From Patescibacteria group bacterium (GTDB lineage: Bacteria > Patescibacteriota > Patescibacteriia > JAQUQO01), in assembly GCA_028716045.1 (NCBI GenBank), contig JAQUQO010000001.1:256942-320941 (forward strand): a stretch of 64,000 nucleotides of DNA, given 5' to 3'. Below, in pieces: positions 26,855-35,751 of the stretch. The first letter of the stretch is position 1; each line of letters begins with the position of its first letter. Position numbers and translations under genes: made by a program. Under the pieces are notes generated by a model, which was not told the DNA's origin, did no database searches, and saw nothing but the letters and a program-made list of their open reading frames with translations.

Positions 26855-29779
26855 ATGGAAGATATTTTAGCTAGATTAAATAAAGAGCAAAAAGAGGCGG
26901 TTACCTATGATGGTGGGCCGCTTTTGATTGTGGCGGGCGCGGGAACGGGCAAAACCACAGTGATTACAAGCCGTATTGCTTGGCTTATCAATGAGGCTAA
27001 AGCCAAACCGGAAGAAATCTTGGCTTTGACTTTTACTGATAAAGCGGCGGGGGAAATGGAGGAACGGGTAGACCGGCTGTTGCCCTATGGCTACGTAGAT
27101 TTATGGATTTCCACTTTTCATAGTTTTGCCGAGAGGATTTTAAAACAGCACGCCATTGATATTGGGTTACCGAACGATTTTAAATTGTTAAACAAAACGG
27201 AACAATGGCTGTTGGTGCGGCAGAATTTGGACAAATTTGATTTGGATTATTATCGCCCTTTGGGTAATCCCACAAAATTTATTCACGCTCTTTTAAAGCA
27301 TTTCTCCCGCGCCAAGGACGAAGTGGTCAGCCCGGTGGATTATTTGAAATACGCTGAGAACATTGAGCTCGATAAAGACAGTAAAGACCAGGGTGAAGAG
27401 CGCAGCCGTCTTTTAGAAATCGCCAATGCTTATCATATTTACGAACGCCTGCTTTTGGAAAATAACGCTTTGGATTTTGGCGATTTGATTAATTATACTT
27501 TAAAATTATTCAGGGAGCGCAAAGCTATTTTAGAAAAATACCAAAAGCAGTTTAAATATATTTTGGTTGATGAATTTCAGGACACGAATTGGGCGCAGTA
27601 TGAACTGGTTAAACTTCTGGCGCGAGAAAATCTGGCGGTGGTGGGAGATGACGATCAGTCTATTTATAAATTCCGCGGAGCCTCGGTAAGTAATATTATG
27701 CAGTTCAAAAGCGATTTCCCTGCCGCCAAAGAAGTTGTTTTGACGAATAATTATCGTTCCGCGCAGAATATCTTGGATTTGTCTTATGGTTTTATCAAAC
27801 AAAACAATCCCAATCGTCTGGAGGCGAGTTTGGGTATTGATAAAAAGTTAAAAGCCAACATTAAAGAGAGTGGTTTAATAGAACATTATCACGGGCGGGA
27901 TTTGGATGAGGAGGTGAAATGGATTATTAAAAAAATCGTGGAATTAAAAAATAACAATAAACATTTGTCGTGGAGCGATTTCGCCGTTTTAGTCCGCGCC
28001 AATGACAGCGCCAATATTTTTATCAGGGAAATGATAAAAACCAGAATTCCTTACCAATTCGTGGCGATGCGCGGTCTTTACGGCAAGCCGATTATTCTGG
28101 ATTGCCTCGCTTATTTTAAATTATTGGATAATTATCACGAAAGTCCGGCGCTGTGGAGGATTTTAAATTTGCCGTTTTTTGACATAGATGCCGCCGATCT
28201 CGTGGAACTTAATTTTGAAGCCCAAAAGAAATCCGAGTCGCTTTTTGAAGTTCTAAAAAGAGCATCCGGTATCAATTCTCTCCAACCGGCCACCGCGGGG
28301 AAATTATCCAAAGTTTTGAATTTAATTGCCAAACATTCGTCGTTAGTCAAAGAGAAAAGAGTCAGCGAGATGTTCATTTTATTTTTAAAAGAAAGCGGTT
28401 ATTTGGAATATCTGAACCACAGCGGCCAGACGGCGGGGGAGGAAGAGCGCAGCCGCGAAGCGCTTGGTTATCTTCAGCAATTTTATAAAAAAATTACCGT
28501 CTTTGAAGCGGATTTTCCCGACCCGAAATTGAAAGATTTTGAAAAATTTTTAGAATTAGAAATGGAGAGTGGGGAAGAGGGCGAACTCAACTTTGACCCG
28601 GATGCCGGTCCGGAGATGGTAAAAATTATGACCGTGCATAGCGCTAAAGGTTTGGAATTTGAATATGTTTTTATTCCTAATCTTGTTGACAGAAAATTTC
28701 CAACCACGGAACGCCAAGACCCGATTGAATTGCCGGACGCACTGGTTAAAGAGAAAATACCGGAAGGGGATATGCATTTGGAAGAGGAGCGTCGTCTTTT
28801 TTATGTGGCGATGACCAGGGCTAAAAAGGGGTTATATTTTACTTCCGCGTTGGATTATGGCGGAGCAAGAAAAAAGAAGTTATCGCGGTTTCTGATAGAA
28901 CTCAGGTACAAGGAAAAAGAGGTGAGGGAAAAAGAAGCCGACAATTTTGCGGAAGACGAAAAAACCGCCGGTGATGTAAAAAAGCACAAATATATTTTAC
29001 CCGGCAAATTCAGTTTTACCCAGTTGGCGGCTTTTCAGAATTGCCCTTTGCAGTATAAATTTGCTCATATTTTACGGATTCCGGTTTTAGGCAAAGCGCA
29101 ATTTAGTTTTGGCAAAACTATGCACGCGACCTTGGAAAAATTTTTGAAATTATTTATGGAAAGGAGCGGCGCGAAACAGAAGGATTTGTTTAGCGATAGC
29201 AAAGCCAGCGGTGCTAAATCCTTGCCCGACAAAGAAGAATTATTAAAAATATACCAAGAAGAATGGGACGACTCTTGGTATAATGGCAAAGCCGAAAAAG
29301 AAAAATATCGTAAAATAGGCGAAGAGATACTAACCGACTTTCATCGCATTTTAACGGAGAAAAATCCCAGGATAAAATTTTTAGAACAACCTTTTAATAT
29401 AAAGTTTGGGGATTTCACATTAAAGGGGCAAATTGACAGGATTGACGAGGTTGAAGGCGGAGTGGAAATTATTGATTATAAAACCGGCCAGCCCAAAGAA
29501 AAACTGGAAGCAAACGATAAAAGGCAGTTGCTAATTTATCAGATAGCCGCGGAAGAAGTTTTAAAATTAAAACCCCAGAAACTCACTTATTATTATTTAA
29601 ACGCCAACAAGGAGATGTCATTCGTCGGCACTGAAAAAGATTTAATAAAAACCCGCGAAGAAATAATTTCCGAGATTGAAAAAATCAAGAAGAGCGATTT
29701 TTCTCCGACTCCGGAATTGCATACTTGTAAGTATTGCGATTTTAAAGATATTTGCGAATTTAAAGCCAATGGAGCGTAA
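26855..29779 (+). CDS. UvrD/PcrA-like SF1 helicase fused to a C-terminal PD-(D/E)xK (Cas4/AddB-like, Cys-cluster) nuclease domain
   Basis: N-terminal AGAGTGKT Walker A with UvrD motifs through VHSAKGLEFEYVFIP. The C-terminal region has QIDRIDE...IIDYKTG and a CKYCDFKDIC cysteine cluster. Confidence 0.85.
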   Translation: MEDILARLNKEQKEAVTYDGGPLLIVAGAGTGKTTVITSRIAWLINEAKAKPEEILALTFTDKAAGEMEERVDRLLPYGYVDLWISTFHSFAERILKQHAIDIGLPNDFKLLNKTEQWLLVRQNLDKFDLDYYRPLGNPTKFIHALLKHFSRAKDEVVSPVDYLKYAENIELDKDSKDQGEERSRLLEIANAYHIYERLLLENNALDFGDLINYTLKLFRERKAILEKYQKQFKYILVDEFQDTNWAQYELVKLLARENLAVVGDDDQSIYKFRGASVSNIMQFKSDFPAAKEVVLTNNYRSAQNILDLSYGFIKQNNPNRLEASLGIDKKLKANIKESGLIEHYHGRDLDEEVKWIIKKIVELKNNNKHLSWSDFAVLVRANDSANIFIREMIKTRIPYQFVAMRGLYGKPIILDCLAYFKLLDNYHESPALWRILNLPFFDIDAADLVELNFEAQKKSESLFEVLKRASGINSLQPATAGKLSKVLNLIAKHSSLVKEKRVSEMFILFLKESGYLEYLNHSGQTAGEEERSREALGYLQQFYKKITVFEADFPDPKLKDFEKFLELEMESGEEGELNFDPDAGPEMVKIMTVHSAKGLEFEYVFIPNLVDRKFPTTERQDPIELPDALVKEKIPEGDMHLEEERRLFYVAMTRAKKGLYFTSALDYGGARKKKLSRFLIELRYKEKEVREKEADNFAEDEKTAGDVKKHKYILPGKFSFTQLAAFQNCPLQYKFAHILRIPVLGKAQFSFGKTMHATLEKFLKLFMERSGAKQKDLFSDSKASGAKSLPDKEELLKIYQEEWDDSWYNGKAEKEKYRKIGEEILTDFHRILTEKNPRIKFLEQPFNIKFGDFTLKGQIDRIDEVEGGVEIIDYKTGQPKEKLEANDKRQLLIYQIAAEEVLKLKPQKLTYYYLNANKEMSFVGTEKDLIKTREEIISEIEKIKKSDFSPTPELHTCKYCDFKDICEFKANGA

Positions 29780-29812
29780 TTCTTATAATTTGGAACTTGT
29801 AACTTATAACTT

Positions 29813-30109
29813 ATGTCTTTCGAATCCCTGGGAAACATTTTGAGGGGGTCAGCAAAAAAATCGAGCTTTCGCAAAGGCGTTGAGGCGGCTTTGGTTATTG
29901 AGAAATTTCATCAGATTATAAAAGATATTTGGGGAGATAAAATAGTGGGGGAGGCGAAAGCCTTGCATTTGAAAAATAAAAAATTAACCGTGGCCTGTAT
30001 GAGTTCGGTGGCGGCGCAGGAAATAAGGTTAAGGGAGAAAGAAATTTTAGCGGCAATCAATAATAAGTTGGGTTATCAAGCGGTGGAAAGGATGAGGTAT
30101 CGGTTGTAA
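29813..30109 (+). CDS. dciA: DciA-like (DUF721) protein
   Basis: Its size and the pattern SLGNIL...W...VG..A..L..K..KLTVAC.SSV.AQEI match DUF721 proteins, which are often found near replication genes. Confidence 0.5.
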   Translation: MSFESLGNILRGSAKKSSFRKGVEAALVIEKFHQIIKDIWGDKIVGEAKALHLKNKKLTVACMSSVAAQEIRLREKEILAAINNKLGYQAVERMRYRL

Positions 30110-30124
30110 ATTTAATAGTAATAA

Positions 30125-30172
30125 TTCTACGCCGCCATGCCTGTCCGTTCAATTGGAGGAGGCGGCGTAGAA
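30125..30172 (+). terminator. long-stem hairpin after dciA-like (TTCTACGCCGCC / GGCGGCGTAGAA, 12-bp stem)
   Basis: A 12-bp perfect stem and a 24-nt loop, followed by GTATTTTC. Confidence 0.45.
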
Positions 30173-30249
30173 GTATTTTCTACCCTGCCCGTGGCAGGGG
30201 TTCTAGAAAATAAAAAAGCCCCCGTATTTCGCGGAAGCTTTTAAGAATT

Positions 30250-30936
30250 TTATTTAGCCAGCATAAATTTTTTAATTCGCGACCAACATTTTAGTGAGGC
30301 TATGATTTTGCCCGGGTAGTCCTCGTATTTAGAATACAGCTCTACTGATATAAGGGAGAGGATTCCTACAAAAATTCCCACCGTCGCACCGATTATAGCC
30401 GTGATTGAAAAAAATAGTCCCGTTAATACCCCGGATATTAATCCGGCCACGCTTCCCAACATTAGGATGTAGGGTAAAGCAAAAAAGAGAAAAAATGTTT
30501 TTATGGTTTTGGTAGAAATAGGTTTTTTTTCAATCCCCGTAGACACAGCGAAACAAAAAGCAGCTATTAAGAGAGATACAGTAAAAATATAAGTAATGGC
30601 GCCTTTACTCAAGATGAAACCCACTACGCAACCTATAATCGTCGCAAGAAACACCGAAAGCATAAACATATCCCCATCCTTATATTTTTCTACTTTATAA
30701 GCTAGGTGGGCCATAAAGATAAAGGTAGCGGGGCAAAGAATCCCGATAAGAAGATCTGCGATTCTTGGTATCCCAAAGGGAAATTTGTAGTAAGTATGGT
30801 CTTCTGTAAGTCGTATATCATCAGCAACCGGCATTGCCCCTGTCCACAGATAATAAATAGCCCAAAAGGCGAGAATTAAACCAGTAAATAGTAGCGACCA
30901 CCTCACCATCAGTTTTTTTGTGCGAATAATATCCAT
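30250..30936 (-). CDS. polytopic membrane protein (hypothetical)
   Basis: Six to seven predicted TM helices. Confidence 0.5.
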   Translation of the reverse strand: MDIIRTKKLMVRWSLLFTGLILAFWAIYYLWTGAMPVADDIRLTEDHTYYKFPFGIPRIADLLIGILCPATFIFMAHLAYKVEKYKDGDMFMLSVFLATIIGCVVGFILSKGAITYIFTVSLLIAAFCFAVSTGIEKKPISTKTIKTFFLFFALPYILMLGSVAGLISGVLTGLFFSITAIIGATVGIFVGILSLISVELYSKYEDYPGKIIASLKCWSRIKKFMLAK

Positions 30937-31099
30937 TTTTTTTATCCTTTCTTATGCGGAGTAGTTAATTGTCAAAGAAATTAAACTGATTTTAGTATAT
31001 TAGTTTTTTGTGGTTTAGTCAATTATTTAAGATTCTTGTGGTTTGACTAATCTTGCCGTTTTGCTATTATAAAAGCATAATTTATTTATCTTCTTTAAC

Positions 31100-31480
31100 A
31101 TGACTCTTAATAAATACCTTATTTTAATGGCTTTGGCCACTTTAGTTTGTTGGGGAGCGTGGATTGTGGTTATTAATAATATAGACCCGACGGAAACGGG
31201 ATTTTTGGGCTTCTTCTTTTTCTATTTCAGCTTATTTTTGGCAATTACCGGAACCCTGTCAGTCGTCGGATTTTTTATTCGCAAATTGATTCTTAAAGAA
31301 GAATTGGCTTTTCGCCACGTGGCCGTGGCTTTCCGCCAGGCGGTATTATTTGCCATTTTGATTATCGGTTCACTTATTCTTCAGAACCATAACCTTTTAA
31401 CTTGGTGGAATATAATTTTGTTTATTCTGGCATTGACGGTTTTAGAATTCTTCTTTATATCTTTTAAAAAGGCAAATTAA
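31100..31480 (+). CDS. small membrane protein (hypothetical, 4 TM)
   Basis: Hydrophobic segments throughout. Confidence 0.4.
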   Translation: MTLNKYLILMALATLVCWGAWIVVINNIDPTETGFLGFFFFYFSLFLAITGTLSVVGFFIRKLILKEELAFRHVAVAFRQAVLFAILIIGSLILQNHNLLTWWNIILFILALTVLEFFFISFKKAN

Positions 31481-31485
31481 TTTTT

Positions 31486-32736
31486 ATGAGACAGTCCCAG
31501 CTTTTTACTAAAACAATAAAAAACATACCAGCCGAAGAAAAGAGCGTCAACGCTCAATTTTTAATCAAAGGAGGTTTTATAGACAAGGTCATGAGCGGTG
31601 TTTATACTTTTCTTCCTTTGGGCTGGAGAGTGATAAATAAAATAGAGAACATTGTGCGCGAGGAAATAAATTTTATCGGCGGACAGGAAGTTTCTATGCC
31701 CGCGCTTCAACCAAAAGAAAATTGGGAGCTTACCAATCGTTGGGACAATTTTGACGCTCTAATTAAAGTGGAGATAGGGGAGGATAGTAAATTTTCCTTA
31801 GGTCCGACTCACGAAGAAATTGTTACGCCCTTGGTTAAAAAATTCGCTTCTTCATATAAAGATTTGCCGGTTTATGTTTATCAGATACAGACGAAATTCA
31901 GGAATGAAGCCAGGCCGAAATCGGGGCTTTTACGCGGGCGGGAATTCATAATGAAGGATTTATATTCTTTCCATACTTCAGAAGAAGATTTGGATAAATA
32001 TTATACCAGAGCTGAAGCCGCTTATGAAAAAATTTACAAACGTTTGAACCTCGGCGGTATCACTTATAAAACATTTGCTTCCGGCGGAGCTTTTTCTAAA
32101 TACTCTCATGAATATCAGACGGTCTCGCCGAATGGGGAAGACACTATTTATATTTGTGATAAGTGTCGCATCGCAGTTAATAAGGAACTTATAGAGAGCG
32201 AAGAGGGGGGCGGTTCGAAATGCCCCGAATGCGGCAATAAAGATTTAAAAGAAGAAAAAGCCATTGAGGTTGGCAACATTTTTAAATTAAAAACCAAATT
32301 TACCGAATGTTTTAATTATAAATACGCGGATGAAGATGGAAAGTTAAAACCCGTGATTATGGGTTGCTACGGTATCGGCATTTCACGTCTCATGGGGGCT
32401 TTAGTAGAAGTTTTTCATGATGATAAAGGTATAATTTGGCCGGAAGCAGTCGCCCCCTTCAGGGCCCATCTTCTGATTTTAGGCGACGATAAAGCGGTTG
32501 CCAAAAAAGCGGAAGTATTGTATAATAAGCTACTTGATAATGGGATAGAAGTTTTATTTGACGACCGAGAGGAATCAGCCGGAGTCAAATTCGCCGATGC
32601 GGATTTAATCGGTATTCCTTATCGTTTAGTAATAAGTCCCAAAACTTTAGATAAGGGAAGTGTAGAATTAAAAAAGAGAGATCAAGAAAGAATGGAATTA
32701 GTTAAAATTAGTGAAATATTGAAGTTGATAAAATAA
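31486..32736 (+). CDS. proS: prolyl-tRNA synthetase, short form lacking the INS editing domain, with an inserted CxxC...CxxC zinc ribbon
   Basis: The N-terminus MRQSQLFTKTIKNIPAEE...GGFIDKV.SGVYTFLPLGWRV is collinear with bacterial ProS. Class II motifs and a C-terminal anticodon-binding domain are present. The insertion reads CDKCR...CPECG. Confidence 0.8.
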   Translation: MRQSQLFTKTIKNIPAEEKSVNAQFLIKGGFIDKVMSGVYTFLPLGWRVINKIENIVREEINFIGGQEVSMPALQPKENWELTNRWDNFDALIKVEIGEDSKFSLGPTHEEIVTPLVKKFASSYKDLPVYVYQIQTKFRNEARPKSGLLRGREFIMKDLYSFHTSEEDLDKYYTRAEAAYEKIYKRLNLGGITYKTFASGGAFSKYSHEYQTVSPNGEDTIYICDKCRIAVNKELIESEEGGGSKCPECGNKDLKEEKAIEVGNIFKLKTKFTECFNYKYADEDGKLKPVIMGCYGIGISRLMGALVEVFHDDKGIIWPEAVAPFRAHLLILGDDKAVAKKAEVLYNKLLDNGIEVLFDDREESAGVKFADADLIGIPYRLVISPKTLDKGSVELKKRDQERMELVKISEILKLIK

Positions 32737-32745
32737 GGGAAAAAT

Positions 32746-33303
32746 ATGATTATGAAGAATCTATTTTTAGGAGTATTGATTATTGGTGTGGTTATTTTTT
32801 TAGGTGCCGGATGCATTAAAGTAGACAGACAAGATTCTATTGGAGAGATTTCCGGACAGCGAGAGGAAGTTAATTTAGATATTGCACAAGTACCCATAGG
32901 ATTTAATAAATATGTTAACGAGACACTGGGGGTAAGTTTTTTGTATCCCGAAGAGTTCAACAAAATAGAAGTAGATTTTTCAGAACAAGACGCCATGGAT
33001 TTTATTATTTATTTGACTAAGCCAGGATTAATAGAGGATTATCCGGGGGGTATGTTGGAAATTAGTGTTGATAACAAACCATATTTTTCTTCGCTTGACG
33101 AAGACCTAAAAGTCGAGGGAGCTGAAAAAGTAAATTATGGTGGCAGAGAAGGCGTTTTGGTGTCTATACTCGGAGAAGTTGGCGGTTGGGGATTTTCCAC
33201 TGAAATTAAAGAGAGAATTGTCACATTTGCTGATGTAGCCGATTTAGATAAAAATACATATGAAGTTATCATTTCTTCGTTCAAAATAAGAAATTTAGAG
33301 TAG
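32746..33303 (+). CDS. lipoprotein (hypothetical)
   Basis: Signal peptide with an LGAGC lipobox. Confidence 0.45.
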   Translation: MIMKNLFLGVLIIGVVIFLGAGCIKVDRQDSIGEISGQREEVNLDIAQVPIGFNKYVNETLGVSFLYPEEFNKIEVDFSEQDAMDFIIYLTKPGLIEDYPGGMLEISVDNKPYFSSLDEDLKVEGAEKVNYGGREGVLVSILGEVGGWGFSTEIKERIVTFADVADLDKNTYEVIISSFKIRNLE

Positions 33304-33320
33304 GATTTATTTAATGAATT

Positions 33321-34382
33321 ATGAGAATTTTAGATAAAATTTTAGGGAGGTTTTCCAAGGATTTGGGCATTGATTTAGGGACAGCTAATACTTTGGTGTA
33401 TGTGAAAGACAAGGGGATTGTTATTAACGAGCCGTCGGTTGTAGCTGTCAATATAAAGAATGACCAAATTTTAGCCGTGGGTAATGAGGCTAAAAAAATG
33501 GTCGGCAAAACGCCGGCGCATATTATGGCTTGCCGTCCGCTGGTGGAAGGAGTTATTTCTGATTTTGAAGTGACGGAAAAAATGCTTAAATATTTTTTTC
33601 AGCGTGTTCACGAAGAAACTTCGGCTTTTTTACCGCGCCCGCGGGTTGTTATTGCTATTCCTTTAGATATTACTGAAGTGGAAAGAAAGGCGGTTGAAGA
33701 TGCCACTATTTCCGCCGGAGCCAGAGAGGTGTTTTTAATTGAGCAAGCCATGGCGGCTTCTATTGGCGCCCGTTTGCCCATTGAAGAGGCTACTGGCAAT
33801 ATGGTTGTTGATATGGGCGGCGGGACAACGCAAATTTCCGTTATTTCCCTAGGTGGTATTGTGACCTGGAAAACCATAAAAATTGCCGGAGATGTGATGA
33901 ACAAAGATATTGTTCAGTATGCGAGAGATAATTTTAATTTGCTTTTAGGGGAAAGAGTGGCTGAAGAAATAAAAATAAAGGTGGGGTCAGCTGCGCCCTT
34001 AGACGAGCCGTTGGAGGCCAAAATGCGCGGGCGGGATTTAATTACCGGATTACCCAGAGAAGTCATTGTTACCGATGAGCAGATTAGGAATGCTTTAAAA
34101 CGTTCCGTAAATCAAATAGTGGAAAATGTTAAGGCAACGCTGGAGGTCACCCCGCCGGAACTGGTGGCGGATATTTATGAGAAAGGGATGTTGCTTACCG
34201 GCGGTGGAGCTTTGCTTAAAAATTTAGACAAAGTGCTTTCGGAACGCACCGAGGTTCCAGTGAGGGTAGCCGATGACCCACTTACTTGCGTGGTCCGCGG
34301 TACCGGGATACTTTTGGAAAATTTTGAATTATTAAAAGAGGTGATGGTGCCATCGTCACAGGATTCATCTCGCCCAAGATAA
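33321..34382 (+). CDS. mreB: rod shape-determining protein MreB
   Basis: DLGIDLGTANTLVYV and actin-fold phosphate motifs. Confidence 0.95.
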   Translation: MRILDKILGRFSKDLGIDLGTANTLVYVKDKGIVINEPSVVAVNIKNDQILAVGNEAKKMVGKTPAHIMACRPLVEGVISDFEVTEKMLKYFFQRVHEETSAFLPRPRVVIAIPLDITEVERKAVEDATISAGAREVFLIEQAMAASIGARLPIEEATGNMVVDMGGGTTQISVISLGGIVTWKTIKIAGDVMNKDIVQYARDNFNLLLGERVAEEIKIKVGSAAPLDEPLEAKMRGRDLITGLPREVIVTDEQIRNALKRSVNQIVENVKATLEVTPPELVADIYEKGMLLTGGGALLKNLDKVLSERTEVPVRVADDPLTCVVRGTGILLENFELLKEVMVPSSQDSSRPR

Positions 34383-34394
34383 ATATTATAAACA

Positions 34395-35201
34395 ATGCAA
34401 CGTTCTCGGTCTAAATATTATTTTATTTTTGTAGCAGTATTATTACTGCTCGTTTTTTTGTATTACATCGGCGGATTGCATTTTATCGGAGGAGCAATTA
34501 CTAAAACTTTGAATCCGTTGCTAGGGGAATTTTATTCCGGAGGTAATTGGTTAGAGAATTTTTATTCAGATAAAACCGGAAATAGGGCCGAAATCAGCTC
34601 TTTATTGGCAAAAAATAAGGAATTAGGAGAAAATTATAGTAAGCTTTTAAAAGAAAATGCCGAACTTAAAGTTTTGGTTAATGAAAACGAATCGCTAAAA
34701 AAAGAATTAAAATTTTCCGAAGAGAGAAAATATCGCATTATTCCCGGTCGAGTGATTAGCCGTAATCTATTTTTACCTAATACTCTGATAATAGACAAGG
34801 GCGAAGAGGATGGTCTTCGCAAGGGATTGGCGGTGGTGGCTGACGAGGGAGTTATTATCGGCAAAATAATAAAAATCGAAAAAAGCATTTCAACTATTTT
34901 GCTTTTAACGGATGTTCAGAGTAAATTGGCGGTTATGAGTTTAGACGACCAAGGAATCAATGGAATGGTTAGCGGAGAGTATGGCCTTAGTTTAAAAATG
35001 GAGCTGATACCTAAAGACAAAGAATTGCGTTCCGAGGGGATTGTGGTGACTTCGGGGATAGAAACCGATATTCCCCCAGGACTTTTAGTGGGGCGTATTA
35101 GTCAAATTACTAATTTAAGCGGAGAACTTTTCCAGAGTGCTGTTCTTTCTCCATTGACTAACTATCATAATATAAAATTTGTCTTAGTGTTATTGCCCTA
35201 G
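34395..35201 (+). CDS. mreC: rod shape-determining protein MreC
   Basis: N-terminal TM, a coiled coil, a beta-rich C-terminal domain (GLLVGRI) and synteny. Confidence 0.8.
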   Translation: MQRSRSKYYFIFVAVLLLLVFLYYIGGLHFIGGAITKTLNPLLGEFYSGGNWLENFYSDKTGNRAEISSLLAKNKELGENYSKLLKENAELKVLVNENESLKKELKFSEERKYRIIPGRVISRNLFLPNTLIIDKGEEDGLRKGLAVVADEGVIIGKIIKIEKSISTILLLTDVQSKLAVMSLDDQGINGMVSGEYGLSLKMELIPKDKELRSEGIVVTSGIETDIPPGLLVGRISQITNLSGELFQSAVLSPLTNYHNIKFVLVLLP

Positions 35202-35204
35202 TTT

Positions 35205-35732
35205 ATGAAAAAATTTCTTTTACTTTTTTTAGGGGCGATTTTTTCAGTAATTTTGCAAAGTGGTTTTTTAAATTCTTTAGGCGCGCCGCTCAACAATATT
35301 AATTTAGTTTTATGTTTAGTCATTTTTTTGGTAATAATTTTTGATTATCGCGTCGGTTTACTTTTTGGGGTTCTCGCCGGAATTTTTTTAGACATTTATT
35401 CTCCTTTATTTTTCGGTTTATCCACGGTCATTTTTTTACTCATCGCTCTCGGTGTCAATTTTCTTTTTAGCAATTTTTTTACCAATAAATCCCTTTATTC
35501 CTTGATCGTTTTGGGCGGGGTTTCCATCTTGTTTTACGAGTTTTTTCTTTATTTATTAGTTTTTCTGGCGTTTTATTTTGGTGTTTTAGAGTTTCGCATT
35601 TTTTTGGATTATTTTTGGTTTAAAAAGTTAATCAGTGAGATTTTACTGAATATTTTGGTTTTAATTCTGATGTTTTTTATTGTGAAGAGCGGGAGCAAAA
35701 GATTAAGAGCAGTTTTTATTTTTAATGATTGA
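35205..35732 (+). CDS. mreD: MreD-like membrane protein
   Basis: Polytopic small membrane protein positioned between mreC and PBP2. Confidence 0.55.
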   Translation: MKKFLLLFLGAIFSVILQSGFLNSLGAPLNNINLVLCLVIFLVIIFDYRVGLLFGVLAGIFLDIYSPLFFGLSTVIFLLIALGVNFLFSNFFTNKSLYSLIVLGGVSILFYEFFLYLLVFLAFYFGVLEFRIFLDYFWFKKLISEILLNILVLILMFFIVKSGSKRLRAVFIFND

Positions 35733-35751
35733 TTTAAGTTGATTTTTAAAT

